From: Knoellia pratensis
GTDB lineage: Bacteria; Actinomycetota; Actinomycetes; Actinomycetales; Dermatophilaceae
Direction of reading: 5' to 3'
Assembly: GCF_042666395.1 (NCBI RefSeq)
Contig: NZ_JBHTDJ010000004.1
Span: forward strand, 258,158-282,157
Length of the DNA stretch: 24,000 nt
Notes under the pieces: model-generated
What the model was told of the DNA's origin: nothing
Seen by the model: the letters and a program-made list of their open reading frames with translations, nothing else
Database searches by the model: none
Position numbers and translations under genes: made by a program
Shown here: positions 1 through 7,368 of the stretch, piece after piece
How positions within the stretch are numbered: position 1 is the stretch's first letter
Layout of the letters: each line of letters starts with the position of its first letter

Positions 1-1
1 C

Positions 2-832
2 GACGCGTTCTCGAAGCGCTTCCCCGACCGCACCTTCGACGTCGGCATCGCCGAGCAGCACGCCACGACGATGGCTGCAGGACTTGCGTATGCCGGCCTG
101 CATCCGGTTGTCGCGATCTATGCCACCTTCCTGAACCGCGCCTTCGACCAGTTGCTCATGGACTGCGCACTGCACAAGGCTGGTGTGACGTTCGTCCTCG
201 ACCGCTCGGGTGTGACCGGCCCCGACGGCGCCTCGCACCACGGCATGTGGGACATGTCGCTCGCCGGCATCGTCCCCGGTCTGCACCTCGCCGCTCCGCG
301 TGACGGCTTCCAGATCCCCTTGGCCTTGCGCGCGGCGGTCGACATCGCCGACGCGCCGTCGGTCATCCGCTTCCCCAAGGGGTCGGTCGGTGACCCGATC
401 GAAGCGGTGCGTTCGGTCGATGGGGTCGACGTGCTCGTCGATCCCGACTCGAGTGACGACGAGGTCGACCTGCTCCTGGTCGGCATCGGTTCCATGGTCG
501 CGACGGCTCTCACCGTCGCCGACAAGCTCGCCGCCGAGGGGCTACGCGTGCGCGTCGTCGACCCGGTCTGGGCGTTGCCGGTCAACCCGGTCCTGGCAGA
601 GCTGGCCGGTTCGTCCCGTCGCGTCGCCGTCCTCGAGGACAACTCGGTGTCCGGCGGAATCGGTTCGCACATCATGAAGTCGTTGCGAGACAGCGGCATC
701 GACGCTCCCGTGGACCTCTTCGGGCTGCCGCGCGAGTTCCTCGACCACGGTTCGCGCGGACAGGTTCTCGACCGTGTCGGGCTCACGCCCGACGCCATCT
801 CGACACGGCTCCTCGACGCCGTCCGCGTCTGA
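2..832 (+). CDS. dxs: 1-deoxy-D-xylulose-5-phosphate synthase, C-terminal part (5' end lies outside the window)
   Basis: The frame of ORF 71..832 stays open back to nt 2. It reads DAFSKRFPDRTFDVGIAEQHATTMAAGLA..., the conserved Dxs FPDR-FDVGIAEQHA motif, then ...DRSGVTGPDGASHHGMWD.... Third codon positions are strongly G/C. Stop TGA at 830-832. Confidence 0.93.
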   Translation, partial: DAFSKRFPDRTFDVGIAEQHATTMAAGLAYAGLHPVVAIYATFLNRAFDQLLMDCALHKAGVTFVLDRSGVTGPDGASHHGMWDMSLAGIVPGLHLAAPRDGFQIPLALRAAVDIADAPSVIRFPKGSVGDPIEAVRSVDGVDVLVDPDSSDDEVDLLLVGIGSMVATALTVADKLAAEGLRVRVVDPVWALPVNPVLAELAGSSRRVAVLEDNSVSGGIGSHIMKSLRDSGIDAPVDLFGLPREFLDHGSRGQVLDRVGLTPDAISTRLLDAVRV

Positions 833-845
833 CCCCAGCGAGGTT

Positions 846-863
846 CGTGACCAGTAGGTCACG
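846..863. promoter_or_regulatory. Inverted repeat CGTGAC-cagtag-GTCACG, 14 nt after the dxs stop and upstream of hypA. Either an operator candidate or a weak terminator hairpin.
   Basis: Read directly: CGTGAC at 846-851 and GTCACG at 858-863. It is followed by the 12-nt palindrome GCCGGGCCCGGC at 867-878. No U-tract follows. Confidence 0.3.
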
Positions 864-986
864 CAGGCCGGGCCCGGCGAGGTCGACCATGCGCATCACG
901 GCACCCCTGACGGGAGGTTGTACTGGCTCCCGAGCCGTTGCGAGTTCGGGGCCCGCGGACCTACGGTGGGGACGAGAGGCGGACCC

Positions 987-1313
987 ATGCACGAGCTGGC
1001 CATCGCGGAGAGCGTGGTGTCGACGGTGCTCGAACGCACCAGTGGCCGGGTGCGCGTCGTGCGCCTGCGGGTCGGGCGGATGTCAGGAGTGGTGCCGGAC
1101 GCGCTGATGTTCTGCTTCGAGCTCGCCGCCGCGGGCACCTCCCTCGAGAGTGCGACGCTCGAGATCGAGGAAGAGGTGGGGCGCGCGCACTGTCGCGACT
1201 GTGACAGTGACTTCACGATGCGAGATGCGTTCCTCCTGTGCGACTGCGGGAGTGCCGACGTGGAGCTGCTGTCCGGCCGCGAGCTCCAGGTGACCTCGGT
1301 GGAGGTGGCCTGA
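987..1313 (+). CDS. hypA: Hydrogenase nickel-insertion metallochaperone HypA
   Basis: Starts MHELAIAESV, the canonical HypA N-terminal MHE nickel motif. GAGAGG at 974-979 lies 7 nt upstream of ATG 987. The ORF-track start at 918 only adds an Arg/Gly-rich leader. Zinc motif C-R-D-C at 1191-1202 plus C-D-C at 1239-1247. Confidence 0.9.
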   Translation: MHELAIAESVVSTVLERTSGRVRVVRLRVGRMSGVVPDALMFCFELAAAGTSLESATLEIEEEVGRAHCRDCDSDFTMRDAFLLCDCGSADVELLSGRELQVTSVEVA

Positions 1314-1314
1314 G

Positions 1315-2118
1315 ATGTGCAGCACCTGTGGCTGTGGCGAGGCCGACGTCCGTGTGACCACGCTTGACGCCGCAAGGGAGGCCGGACATGGCCACGACCA
1401 CGGACACAGTCATGGACAGGGCCACGGCACTGAGCACCGTCACGACCACGTGCATCTCGAGCCGGACGACGAGCTGCGCACCCACACCCTCGAGCTCGAA
1501 GTCGCTGTGCTCGCCAAGAACGATGGGTTGGCGGCGCGCAACCGGTCCTGGCTGGCGCAGCGCGGCATCACCGCACTCAACCTGATGAGCTCGCCCGGAG
1601 CCGGCAAGACCACCCTGCTCGAACGCACCATCGCCGCGACCGACAGCGCGGTCAGCGTGATCGAAGGCGATCAGGAGACTGTTTTTGATGCCGAGCGCAT
1701 CAAGGCCGCCGGCGCCCGGGCCGTGCAGGTCAACACCGGAGCGGGCTGTCATCTCGACGCCACGATGGTGGCCCGGGCTCTCGAACAGCTGCAGCCGGAC
1801 CCCGAGAGCATCGTGTTCATCGAGAACGTCGGCAACCTGGTGTGCCCGGCGCTCTTCGACCTCGGGGAGCTGCGCAAGGTCGTCGTGATCTCGGTAACCG
1901 AGGGGGACGACAAACCGCTCAAGTATCCCCACATGTTCGCCGCCGCCGACCTGGTCGTCATCAACAAGACCGACCTGTTGCCGTACGTCGACTTCGACAT
2001 CGAGCGACTGGCCGCTGACGCCCGCAAGCTCAACCCCGACGTGCAGCTGATGCCCCTCTCGGCGAAGACCGGAGACAACCTCGAGGAGTGGCTGGCCTGG
2101 TTGGCCCGGCCGGCCTGA
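1315..2118 (+). CDS. hypB: Hydrogenase nickel-incorporation GTPase HypB
   Basis: N-terminal MCSTCGCGE is the CxxCGC high-affinity Ni site. A His-rich tract HGHDHGHSHGQGHGTEHRHDHVH (1387-1455) has 10 His in 23 residues. P-loop SSPGAGKTTLL and NKTD G4 motif are present. The ATG lies 1 nt after the hypA stop. Confidence 0.95.
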   Translation: MCSTCGCGEADVRVTTLDAAREAGHGHDHGHSHGQGHGTEHRHDHVHLEPDDELRTHTLELEVAVLAKNDGLAARNRSWLAQRGITALNLMSSPGAGKTTLLERTIAATDSAVSVIEGDQETVFDAERIKAAGARAVQVNTGAGCHLDATMVARALEQLQPDPESIVFIENVGNLVCPALFDLGELRKVVVISVTEGDDKPLKYPHMFAAADLVVINKTDLLPYVDFDIERLAADARKLNPDVQLMPLSAKTGDNLEEWLAWLARPA

Positions 2119-2123
2119 GCCAC

Positions 2124-2140
2124 GTCACCGCAGAGGTGAC
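2124..2140. promoter_or_regulatory. Inverted repeat GTCACC-gcaga-GGTGAC abutting a TTGACA box, upstream of hhyS
   Basis: Read directly: GTCACC at 2124-2129 and GGTGAC at 2135-2140. It starts 6 nt after the hypB stop and ends 2 nt before TTGACA. Confidence 0.3.
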
Positions 2141-2142
2141 TC

Positions 2143-2171
2143 TTGACAAGTGCTGCGCTGAGGGCTCAGAT
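2143..2171 (+). promoter_or_regulatory. Candidate sigma70-type promoter for hhyS (perfect -35, poor -10)
   Basis: TTGACA at 2143-2148. After a 17-nt spacer comes TCAGAT (2166-2171), a weak -10. This is the only good -35 hexamer in the 137-nt hypB-hhyS gap. No transcription start data. Confidence 0.25.
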
Positions 2172-2182
2172 GGACAGTGGGA

Positions 2183-2196
2183 GTGACGCAGGTCAC
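2183..2196. promoter_or_regulatory. Inverted repeat GTGAC-gcag-GTCAC in the hhyS leader
   Basis: Read directly: GTGAC at 2183-2187 and GTCAC at 2192-2196. It lies between the candidate -10 and the hhyS SD (AGGGAG, 2241-2246). Confidence 0.3.
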
Positions 2197-2255
2197 ACAG
2201 ACGACGATCTGCGAACCAGCAGAGGACCGGAACGGCCCTCAGGGAGTTGGCGCAG

Positions 2256-3311
2256 ATGCCCACGGCCGAAGCAGTGAAGGCGGAAGAAACTCTCATCCAC
2301 GTCCTGTGGATCAACGCTGGCCTCAGTTGTGATGGCGACTCCGTGTCGCTGACGGCCGCGACCCAGCCCAGCATCGAGGAGATCGCGCTCGGCTCCCTCC
2401 CTGGGCTGCCCCAGATCGCGGTGCACTGGCCGTTGATCGACTTCGAGTGCGGACCCCAGGGCGGGCGGGACGACTTCCTGGAGTGGTTTCACAAGGCTGA
2501 TCGCGGTGAGCTCGAACCCTTCGTGCTCGTCGTCGAGGGATCCATCCCCAACGAGAAGCTGCACGACGAAGGCTACTGGTGCGGGTTCGGCAACAACCCC
2601 GAGACCGGGCAGCCGATGACGACCAGTGAGTGGCTGGACCGACTGGCCCCGAAGGCCACCGCGATCGTCGCGGTCGGCACGTGCGCGACGTACGGCGGCA
2701 TACACGCGATGGAAGGCAACCCGACGGGCGCGATGGGCGTGCCCGACTACCTCGGATGGAGCTGGAAGTCGAAGGCAGACATCCCCATCGTCTGCGTGCC
2801 CGGGTGCCCGGCACAGCCGGACAACATGGCGGAGACGCTGACCTATCTGCTCTACATGGCCACCGGCCAGGCACCGATGATCCCGCTCGACGAGGCCCTG
2901 CGACCGACCTGGCTCTTCGGGCAGACCGTGCACGAGGGCTGTGACCGGGCTGGCTACTACGAACAGGGCGACTTCGCGACGGAGTACGGCTCGCCCAAGT
3001 GCATCGTCAAGCTCGGGTGCTGGGGCCCGACGGTGAAGTGCAACGTCCCCAAGCGCGGCTGGATGAACGGCATGGGCGGTTGCCCCAACGTGGGCGGCAT
3101 CTGCATCGGTTGCACCATGCCCGGCTTCCCGGACAAGTTCATGCCCTTCATGGACGAACCACCGGGCGGCAAGCTCTCCACGACCACGGTCGGGCTCTAC
3201 GGCAACACCATGCGTCGGCTCCGTCAGGTGACGACCAAGACCTTGGACAAGGAGCCTAAGTGGCGCACGCCCGGCAGGACGCTGACCACGGGGGCCAAGC
3301 GAACCTGGTAG
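2256..3311 (+). CDS. hhyS: [NiFe]-hydrogenase small subunit, group 1h (actinobacterial/high-affinity type), no Tat signal
   Basis: Small-subunit Fe-S ligand pattern: GLSCDGDS, GTCATYGG, VPGCPAQP, HEGCDR, PKC, LGCWGP, KCN, GGCPN, GICIGC. The N-terminus MPTAEAVKAEETLIHVLW has no twin-arginine RRxF motif. The start was moved from the track's TTG 2247 to ATG 2256, which lies 9 nt after AGGGAG. Confidence 0.93.
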   Translation: MPTAEAVKAEETLIHVLWINAGLSCDGDSVSLTAATQPSIEEIALGSLPGLPQIAVHWPLIDFECGPQGGRDDFLEWFHKADRGELEPFVLVVEGSIPNEKLHDEGYWCGFGNNPETGQPMTTSEWLDRLAPKATAIVAVGTCATYGGIHAMEGNPTGAMGVPDYLGWSWKSKADIPIVCVPGCPAQPDNMAETLTYLLYMATGQAPMIPLDEALRPTWLFGQTVHEGCDRAGYYEQGDFATEYGSPKCIVKLGCWGPTVKCNVPKRGWMNGMGGCPNVGGICIGCTMPGFPDKFMPFMDEPPGGKLSTTTVGLYGNTMRRLRQVTTKTLDKEPKWRTPGRTLTTGAKRTW

Positions 3312-3357
3312 CTCCCAGTTCTCCCACCCCCACCGCAGACGACCGAGAGGCAGCGGG

Positions 3358-5148
3358 ATGACGTCGAGGATTCCAGCACCCAGCAGCATGACCGAGGATG
3401 CGAACGGCCTGACCGAGATGGCGTGGGACCCGATCACCCGCATCGTCGGCAGCCTGGGCATCTACACCAAGATCGACTTCAAGCAGAAGGTCGTCGTCGA
3501 GTGCAAGAGCACGAGCTCGATCTTCCGCGGCTACTCGATCTTCATGAAGGGCAAGGACCCGCGCGACGCGCACTTCATCACCAGCCGCATCTGTGGCATC
3601 TGCGGTGACAACCACGCGACCTGCTCCTGCTACGCCCAGAACATGGCGTACGGCGTGAAGCCACCGCACCTCGCTGAGTGGATCGTCAATCTCGGCGAGG
3701 CCGCCGAGTACATGTTCGACCACAACATCTTCCAGGAGAACCTGGTCGGGGTGGACTACTGCGAGAAGATGGTCGCGGAGACCAACCCCGGTGTGCTCGA
3801 GCTCGCGAACACCACAGAGTCGCCGAACGCGGAAGCCCACGGATACAAGACCATCGGCGACATCATGCGGTCGCTCAACCCGTTCACCGGTGAGTTCTAC
3901 CGTGAGGCTCTGCAGGTCAGCCGATGGACCCGCGAGATGTTCTGCCTGATGGAGGGTCGGCACGTCCACCCCTCGACGCTCTACCCGGGTGGCGTGGGCA
4001 CGGTGGCGACGATCCAGCTGATGACCGACTACATCACCCGGCTGATGCGCTACGTCGAGTTCATGAAGAAGGTCGTCCCGATGCACGACGACCTCTTCGA
4101 CTTCTTCTACCAGGCACTGCCGGGCTATGAGCAGGTCGGCAACCGCCGCATCCTGCTGGCCTGCTGGGGTTCGTTCCAGGACCCGGAGCACTGCAACTTC
4201 GAGTACAAGGACATGACCAACTGGGGACGCAAGATGTATGTCACCCCCGGCATCGTCGTGGACGGCAAGCTGGTCACGACCGACCTGGTGGAGATCAACC
4301 TCGGCATCCGGATCCTGCTCGGCTCGTCGTACTACGACGACTGGGAGGACCAGGAGGTGTTCGTGGAGAAGGATCCCCTCGGCAACCCGGTCGACCGGCG
4401 GCACCCCTGGAACCAGCACACCAACCCGAAGCCGCAGAAGCGCGACCTCGACAACAAGTACAGCTGGGTGATGTCACCGCGCTGGTTCGACGGCAAGGAC
4501 TACCTCGCCCTGGACACGGGCGGTGGCCCGCTCGCCCGGCTGTGGACGACGGCGCTGGCCGAGCTCGTCGACATCGGCTACGTGCAGTCGACCGGCCACT
4601 CGGTGAAGATCAACCTGCCCAAGACCGCGCTGAAGGGCCCGGTCGAGCTGGAGTGGAAGATCCCGCAGTGGAGCAACACCCTCGAGCGCAACCGGGCACG
4701 CACCTACTTCCAGGCGTATGCCGCAGCGTGCGCGCTGCACTTCGCCGAGAAGGCGCTGGTCGAGATCCGGGCCGGCCGCACCAAGACCTGGGAGGCGTTC
4801 ACCGTGCCCGAGACGGGCATCGGCTGTGGCTTCACCGAGGCAGTGCGCGGGGTGCTGAGCCACCACATGGTCATCCGCGAAGGGAAGATCGCCAACTACC
4901 ACCCCTACCCGCCGACCCCGTGGAACGCCAACCCGCGTGACTCCTACGGGACCCCCGGGCCCTACGAGGACGCCGTGCAGGGGCAACCCATCTTCGAGGA
5001 GAACGATCGCGAGCACTTCAAGGGCATCGACATCATGCGCACGGTGCGCAGCTTCGACCCGTGCCTTCCGTGCGGTGTGCACATGTATCTCGGAGAGGGG
5101 CAGAAGCTCGAGCTGATGCATTCGCCGACCCAGTCCGTCAGCGGATAG
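3358..5148 (+). CDS. hhyL: [NiFe]-hydrogenase large subunit, group 1h (formerly group 5)
   Basis: The N-terminal active-site motif TSRICGICGDNH (3580-3615) and C-terminal SFDPCLPCGVH (5050-5082) match the class-defining L1/L2 signatures reported for group 5/1h enzymes. A 21-aa tail MYLGEGQKLELMHSPTQSVSG follows the His and is expected to be removed by the endopeptidase. GAGAGG lies 7 nt upstream of ATG 3358. Confidence 0.97.
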   Translation: MTSRIPAPSSMTEDANGLTEMAWDPITRIVGSLGIYTKIDFKQKVVVECKSTSSIFRGYSIFMKGKDPRDAHFITSRICGICGDNHATCSCYAQNMAYGVKPPHLAEWIVNLGEAAEYMFDHNIFQENLVGVDYCEKMVAETNPGVLELANTTESPNAEAHGYKTIGDIMRSLNPFTGEFYREALQVSRWTREMFCLMEGRHVHPSTLYPGGVGTVATIQLMTDYITRLMRYVEFMKKVVPMHDDLFDFFYQALPGYEQVGNRRILLACWGSFQDPEHCNFEYKDMTNWGRKMYVTPGIVVDGKLVTTDLVEINLGIRILLGSSYYDDWEDQEVFVEKDPLGNPVDRRHPWNQHTNPKPQKRDLDNKYSWVMSPRWFDGKDYLALDTGGGPLARLWTTALAELVDIGYVQSTGHSVKINLPKTALKGPVELEWKIPQWSNTLERNRARTYFQAYAAACALHFAEKALVEIRAGRTKTWEAFTVPETGIGCGFTEAVRGVLSHHMVIREGKIANYHPYPPTPWNANPRDSYGTPGPYEDAVQGQPIFEENDREHFKGIDIMRTVRSFDPCLPCGVHMYLGEGQKLELMHSPTQSVSG

Positions 5149-5150
5149 CG

Positions 5151-6068
5151 ATGGGCGAGGTCAAGGGGGCCGAGCAGCTGCGAGCCACGGGCGAGCGCAT
5201 CGACGCGCTGCTGGATGCCAGTGGCTCGGGCGGAGTGGTGGCGCGCGAGCGCGCCGAGGAGCTGGTGCGGCTCGTGGCCGATCTGTACGGCGCGGGACTG
5301 GAGCGCATCCTCGACATCACCTACGACGCGGGGCAGCTCACCGACGAGGTGCTGGCCGCGCTGGCCGCCGACGACCTGGTGGCCAGCCTGCTGCTGGTGC
5401 ACGGCCTCCACCCCTACGACGTGGGCCAGCGCGTGGAGCAGGCGCTCGAGAGCGTGCGGCCCTACCTCGGCTCGCACGGCGGCGACGTCGAGCTTCTCGA
5501 GGTCAGCGACGAGGGCACGGTCCGGCTGCGCCTGCTGGGCAGCTGCGACGGCTGTCCCTCGTCGTCGGTGACCCTCAAGCTGGCGGTCGAGGGCGCGATC
5601 GAGACCGCGGCCCCCGAGATCACCCGCATCGAGGTGGAGGACGCCGAGCCGAGCGGTGCCCAGACGCTCATCCCGATCTCGTCCCTGCGCTCCCGTCTTG
5701 ACGAGGCCCCGGGCACCACCGCGTCCTGGGAGCCGCTTCCCGGCCTCTCGGACCTCAGTGCCGGTGCCATCAGGACGGTCGACGTCAGCGGCACGATGGT
5801 CCTGGTCTGCCGGCTCGGCGACGAGCTGTTCGCCTACGCCGACCGTTGTGCCCGGTGCGAGGGGTCTCTCGATGGCGCAGCCCTGTCGCGACGTCTCGGC
5901 GCAGTGGTGGGCGAGGCCGTGCTGCGCTGCCCGGCTTGCCGCGCCCACTACGACGTACGCCGCGCTGGTGCCTGCCTCGATGACGAGACGCTGCACCTCA
6001 TCCCCGTCCCGCTGCTCACCGATGGCGGCGTCACCTCAGTCGCGGTCGCCACTCCGGTCCCGTCATGA
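5151..6068 (+). CDS. hhyE: Hydrogenase-associated putative Fe-S protein: NifU-like domain fused to a Rieske-fold-like C-terminal domain (HhyE-like)
   Basis: ATG 5151 lies 2 nt after the hhyL stop. The track start 5061 overlaps hhyL out of frame. The NifU C-terminal-type segment is VRPYLGSHGGDVELLEV...LLGSCDGCPSSSVTLK, with CxxC at 5544-5555. The C-terminal segment is LVCRLGDELFAYADRCARCEGSL...LRCPACRAHYD (5847-5948). The position directly after hhyL matches hhyE of Mycobacterium smegmatis. Confidence 0.8.
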   Translation: MGEVKGAEQLRATGERIDALLDASGSGGVVARERAEELVRLVADLYGAGLERILDITYDAGQLTDEVLAALAADDLVASLLLVHGLHPYDVGQRVEQALESVRPYLGSHGGDVELLEVSDEGTVRLRLLGSCDGCPSSSVTLKLAVEGAIETAAPEITRIEVEDAEPSGAQTLIPISSLRSRLDEAPGTTASWEPLPGLSDLSAGAIRTVDVSGTMVLVCRLGDELFAYADRCARCEGSLDGAALSRRLGAVVGEAVLRCPACRAHYDVRRAGACLDDETLHLIPVPLLTDGGVTSVAVATPVPS

Positions 6069-6730
6069 GCGCCCCCGGGGGCTCCCCGCTCGCCTCGCTC
6101 CGACGGATCACCAGCACCCGGCCGGCGCCGGTGGTGGGAGAGCGCTGCGAGATGTGCGCAGCGGCCATCGCGCAGGAGCACCAGCACGTCGTCAACCTCG
6201 AGAGCCGGGTGCTGATGTGCACTTGCCGGGGGTGCTACCTGCTGTTCACCGCCGAGCACGCCGAGCTGCGCTATCGCGCGGTGCCCGACCGCTATCTCTC
6301 GTTCCCCGACTTCGAGTTCGGCGCCCGCGAGTGGGATGAGCTGCAGATCCCGGTCGGGCTGGCGTTCCTGTTCAAGAACTCCGTGCAGAACCGCATCATC
6401 GCGTTCTATCCCGGTCCGGCTGGCGCCACCGAGTCGGAGCTCCCGCTCGATGCCTGGGACCGCATCGTCATGGCCAACACCCAGCTCGACCACCTGCGCG
6501 CCGACGTGGAGGCATTACTGCTGCGCGGTGCCGACCGGGAGCACCCCGACTTCTCTGCACACGTCGTCCCGATCGACGCCTGCTACGAGCTGGTCGGGCG
6601 GTTGCGGTCGCTGTGGCGCGGTTTCGACGGCGGCACCGAGGCGCGCTCGGCGATCGACGACTTCTTCGTGATGGTGGCGCAACGCAGCAGGCCGGCTCCG
6701 CCCGCGCCGGACCTGGCGGGTGTCCCGTGA
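6065..6730 (+). CDS. Conserved hypothetical protein of group 1h hydrogenase clusters (recalled as DUF5947-like) with an N-terminal five-Cys motif
   Basis: ATGA overlap with the hhyE stop (6065-6068). High GC3 and a non-repetitive, globular-looking sequence. The motif CEMC-x20-CTCRGC lies at 6146-6235. The family name is from memory only. Confidence 0.75.
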   Translation: MSAPGGSPLASLRRITSTRPAPVVGERCEMCAAAIAQEHQHVVNLESRVLMCTCRGCYLLFTAEHAELRYRAVPDRYLSFPDFEFGAREWDELQIPVGLAFLFKNSVQNRIIAFYPGPAGATESELPLDAWDRIVMANTQLDHLRADVEALLLRGADREHPDFSAHVVPIDACYELVGRLRSLWRGFDGGTEARSAIDDFFVMVAQRSRPAPPAPDLAGVP

Positions 6731-7368
6731 GCAGCTACGAGTTCACTGTCGTCGACGTCTTCGCCGAACCGTATGCCGCCGCGCCGCAGCTCACGGCGAG
6801 GCTGCGAATCCGGGAGACGAGCGGCGAGACCATCCACGCGATCGCGCTGCGTTGCCAGGTCCGGATCGAGCCGCAGCGCCGTCGCTACGAGGAGAGCGAC
6901 GAGAGCGGCCTACGTGCGCTCTTCGGCGACCGCGACCGCTGGGTCGACACCCTCAAGCCGTTCCTGTGGATGCAGTGCAACTCGATGGTCCAAGGGTTCA
7001 CCGACATCACCGAGGTCGACCTGGCGCTGCCTTGCACCTACGACTTCGAGGTCACCGGCTCGCGCTACCTGCACGCCATCGGCGGCGGTGACATCCCCAT
7101 CGTCTTCCTGTTCTCGGGCACCGTCTTCACCAAGGGCACCAACGGTTTCGGCGTGGTTCAGGTGCCCTGGGACTGTGAGGCCTCCTACCTGCTGCCGGTT
7201 CAGGTCTGGCAGCAGATGATCGCGTCCTACTACCCGAACACCGGATGGATCCGCCTCGACCACGACGTCCTGACCGCGCTGGCCGCTTTCAAGGCCCAGC
7301 ACGGCCTCACCACCTGGGAAGAGACGGTGCAGAACCTCCTCGCCACCAGGGACGGAGCCCAGCCATGA
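6727..7368 (+). CDS. Conserved hypothetical protein of group 1h hydrogenase clusters (recalled as DUF6084-like)
   Basis: GTG 6727 forms a GTGA overlap with the upstream stop (6728-6730). The track start 6613 would overlap the upstream gene by 118 nt with an Arg-rich leader. The product starts VSSYEFTVVDVFAEPYAAAPQL... and looks beta-rich. No motif I can name. Confidence 0.72.
   Translation: MSSYEFTVVDVFAEPYAAAPQLTARLRIRETSGETIHAIALRCQVRIEPQRRRYEESDESGLRALFGDRDRWVDTLKPFLWMQCNSMVQGFTDITEVDLALPCTYDFEVTGSRYLHAIGGGDIPIVFLFSGTVFTKGTNGFGVVQVPWDCEASYLLPVQVWQQMIASYYPNTGWIRLDHDVLTALAAFKAQHGLTTWEETVQNLLATRDGAQP

Noticed and set aside
938-967. Possible hypA promoter TTGCGA-N18-TACGGT
   Set aside because: The hexamers are weak. 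The implied transcript start would fall at or inside the SD (974-979), leaving almost no leader. This is not supportable without 5'-end data. hypA may instead be read through from dxs or use a promoter I cannot recognise.
918-986. Upstream start (918) for hypA
   Set aside because: It adds 23 residues (MYWLPSRCEFGARGPTVGTRGGP) not expected in HypA. ATG 987 gives the conserved MHE N-terminus and has GAGAGG 7 nt upstream.
1387-1455. Repetitive CAC/GGC/GAC-rich DNA that could be taken for a microsatellite or repeat element
   Set aside because: It is in frame within hypB and encodes the well-known His-rich nickel-binding tract. It is not an independent repeat feature.
2247-2255. TTG 2247 as the hhyS start (ORF-track start)
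   Set aside because: TTG 2247 directly abuts the AGGGAG SD with no spacer. ATG 2256 lies 9 nt downstream of the SD and is the more plausible initiator.
2193-4419. Long minus-strand ORFs (2193..3461, 422 aa; 3256..4419, 387 aa) antisense to hhyS and hhyL
   Set aside because: Their translations are Arg/Gly/Ala/Pro/Val-rich with no motifs. They lie fully inside genes whose + strand products carry unmistakable hydrogenase signatures. Long stop-free antisense frames are expected in DNA this GC-rich.
5061-5150. hhyE start at 5061, overlapping hhyL by 88 nt
   Set aside because: The overlap region translates to Arg/Ala-rich sequence in the hhyE frame while encoding the conserved HhyL C-terminus in the other frame. 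ATG 5151, 2 nt after the hhyL stop, is the natural start.
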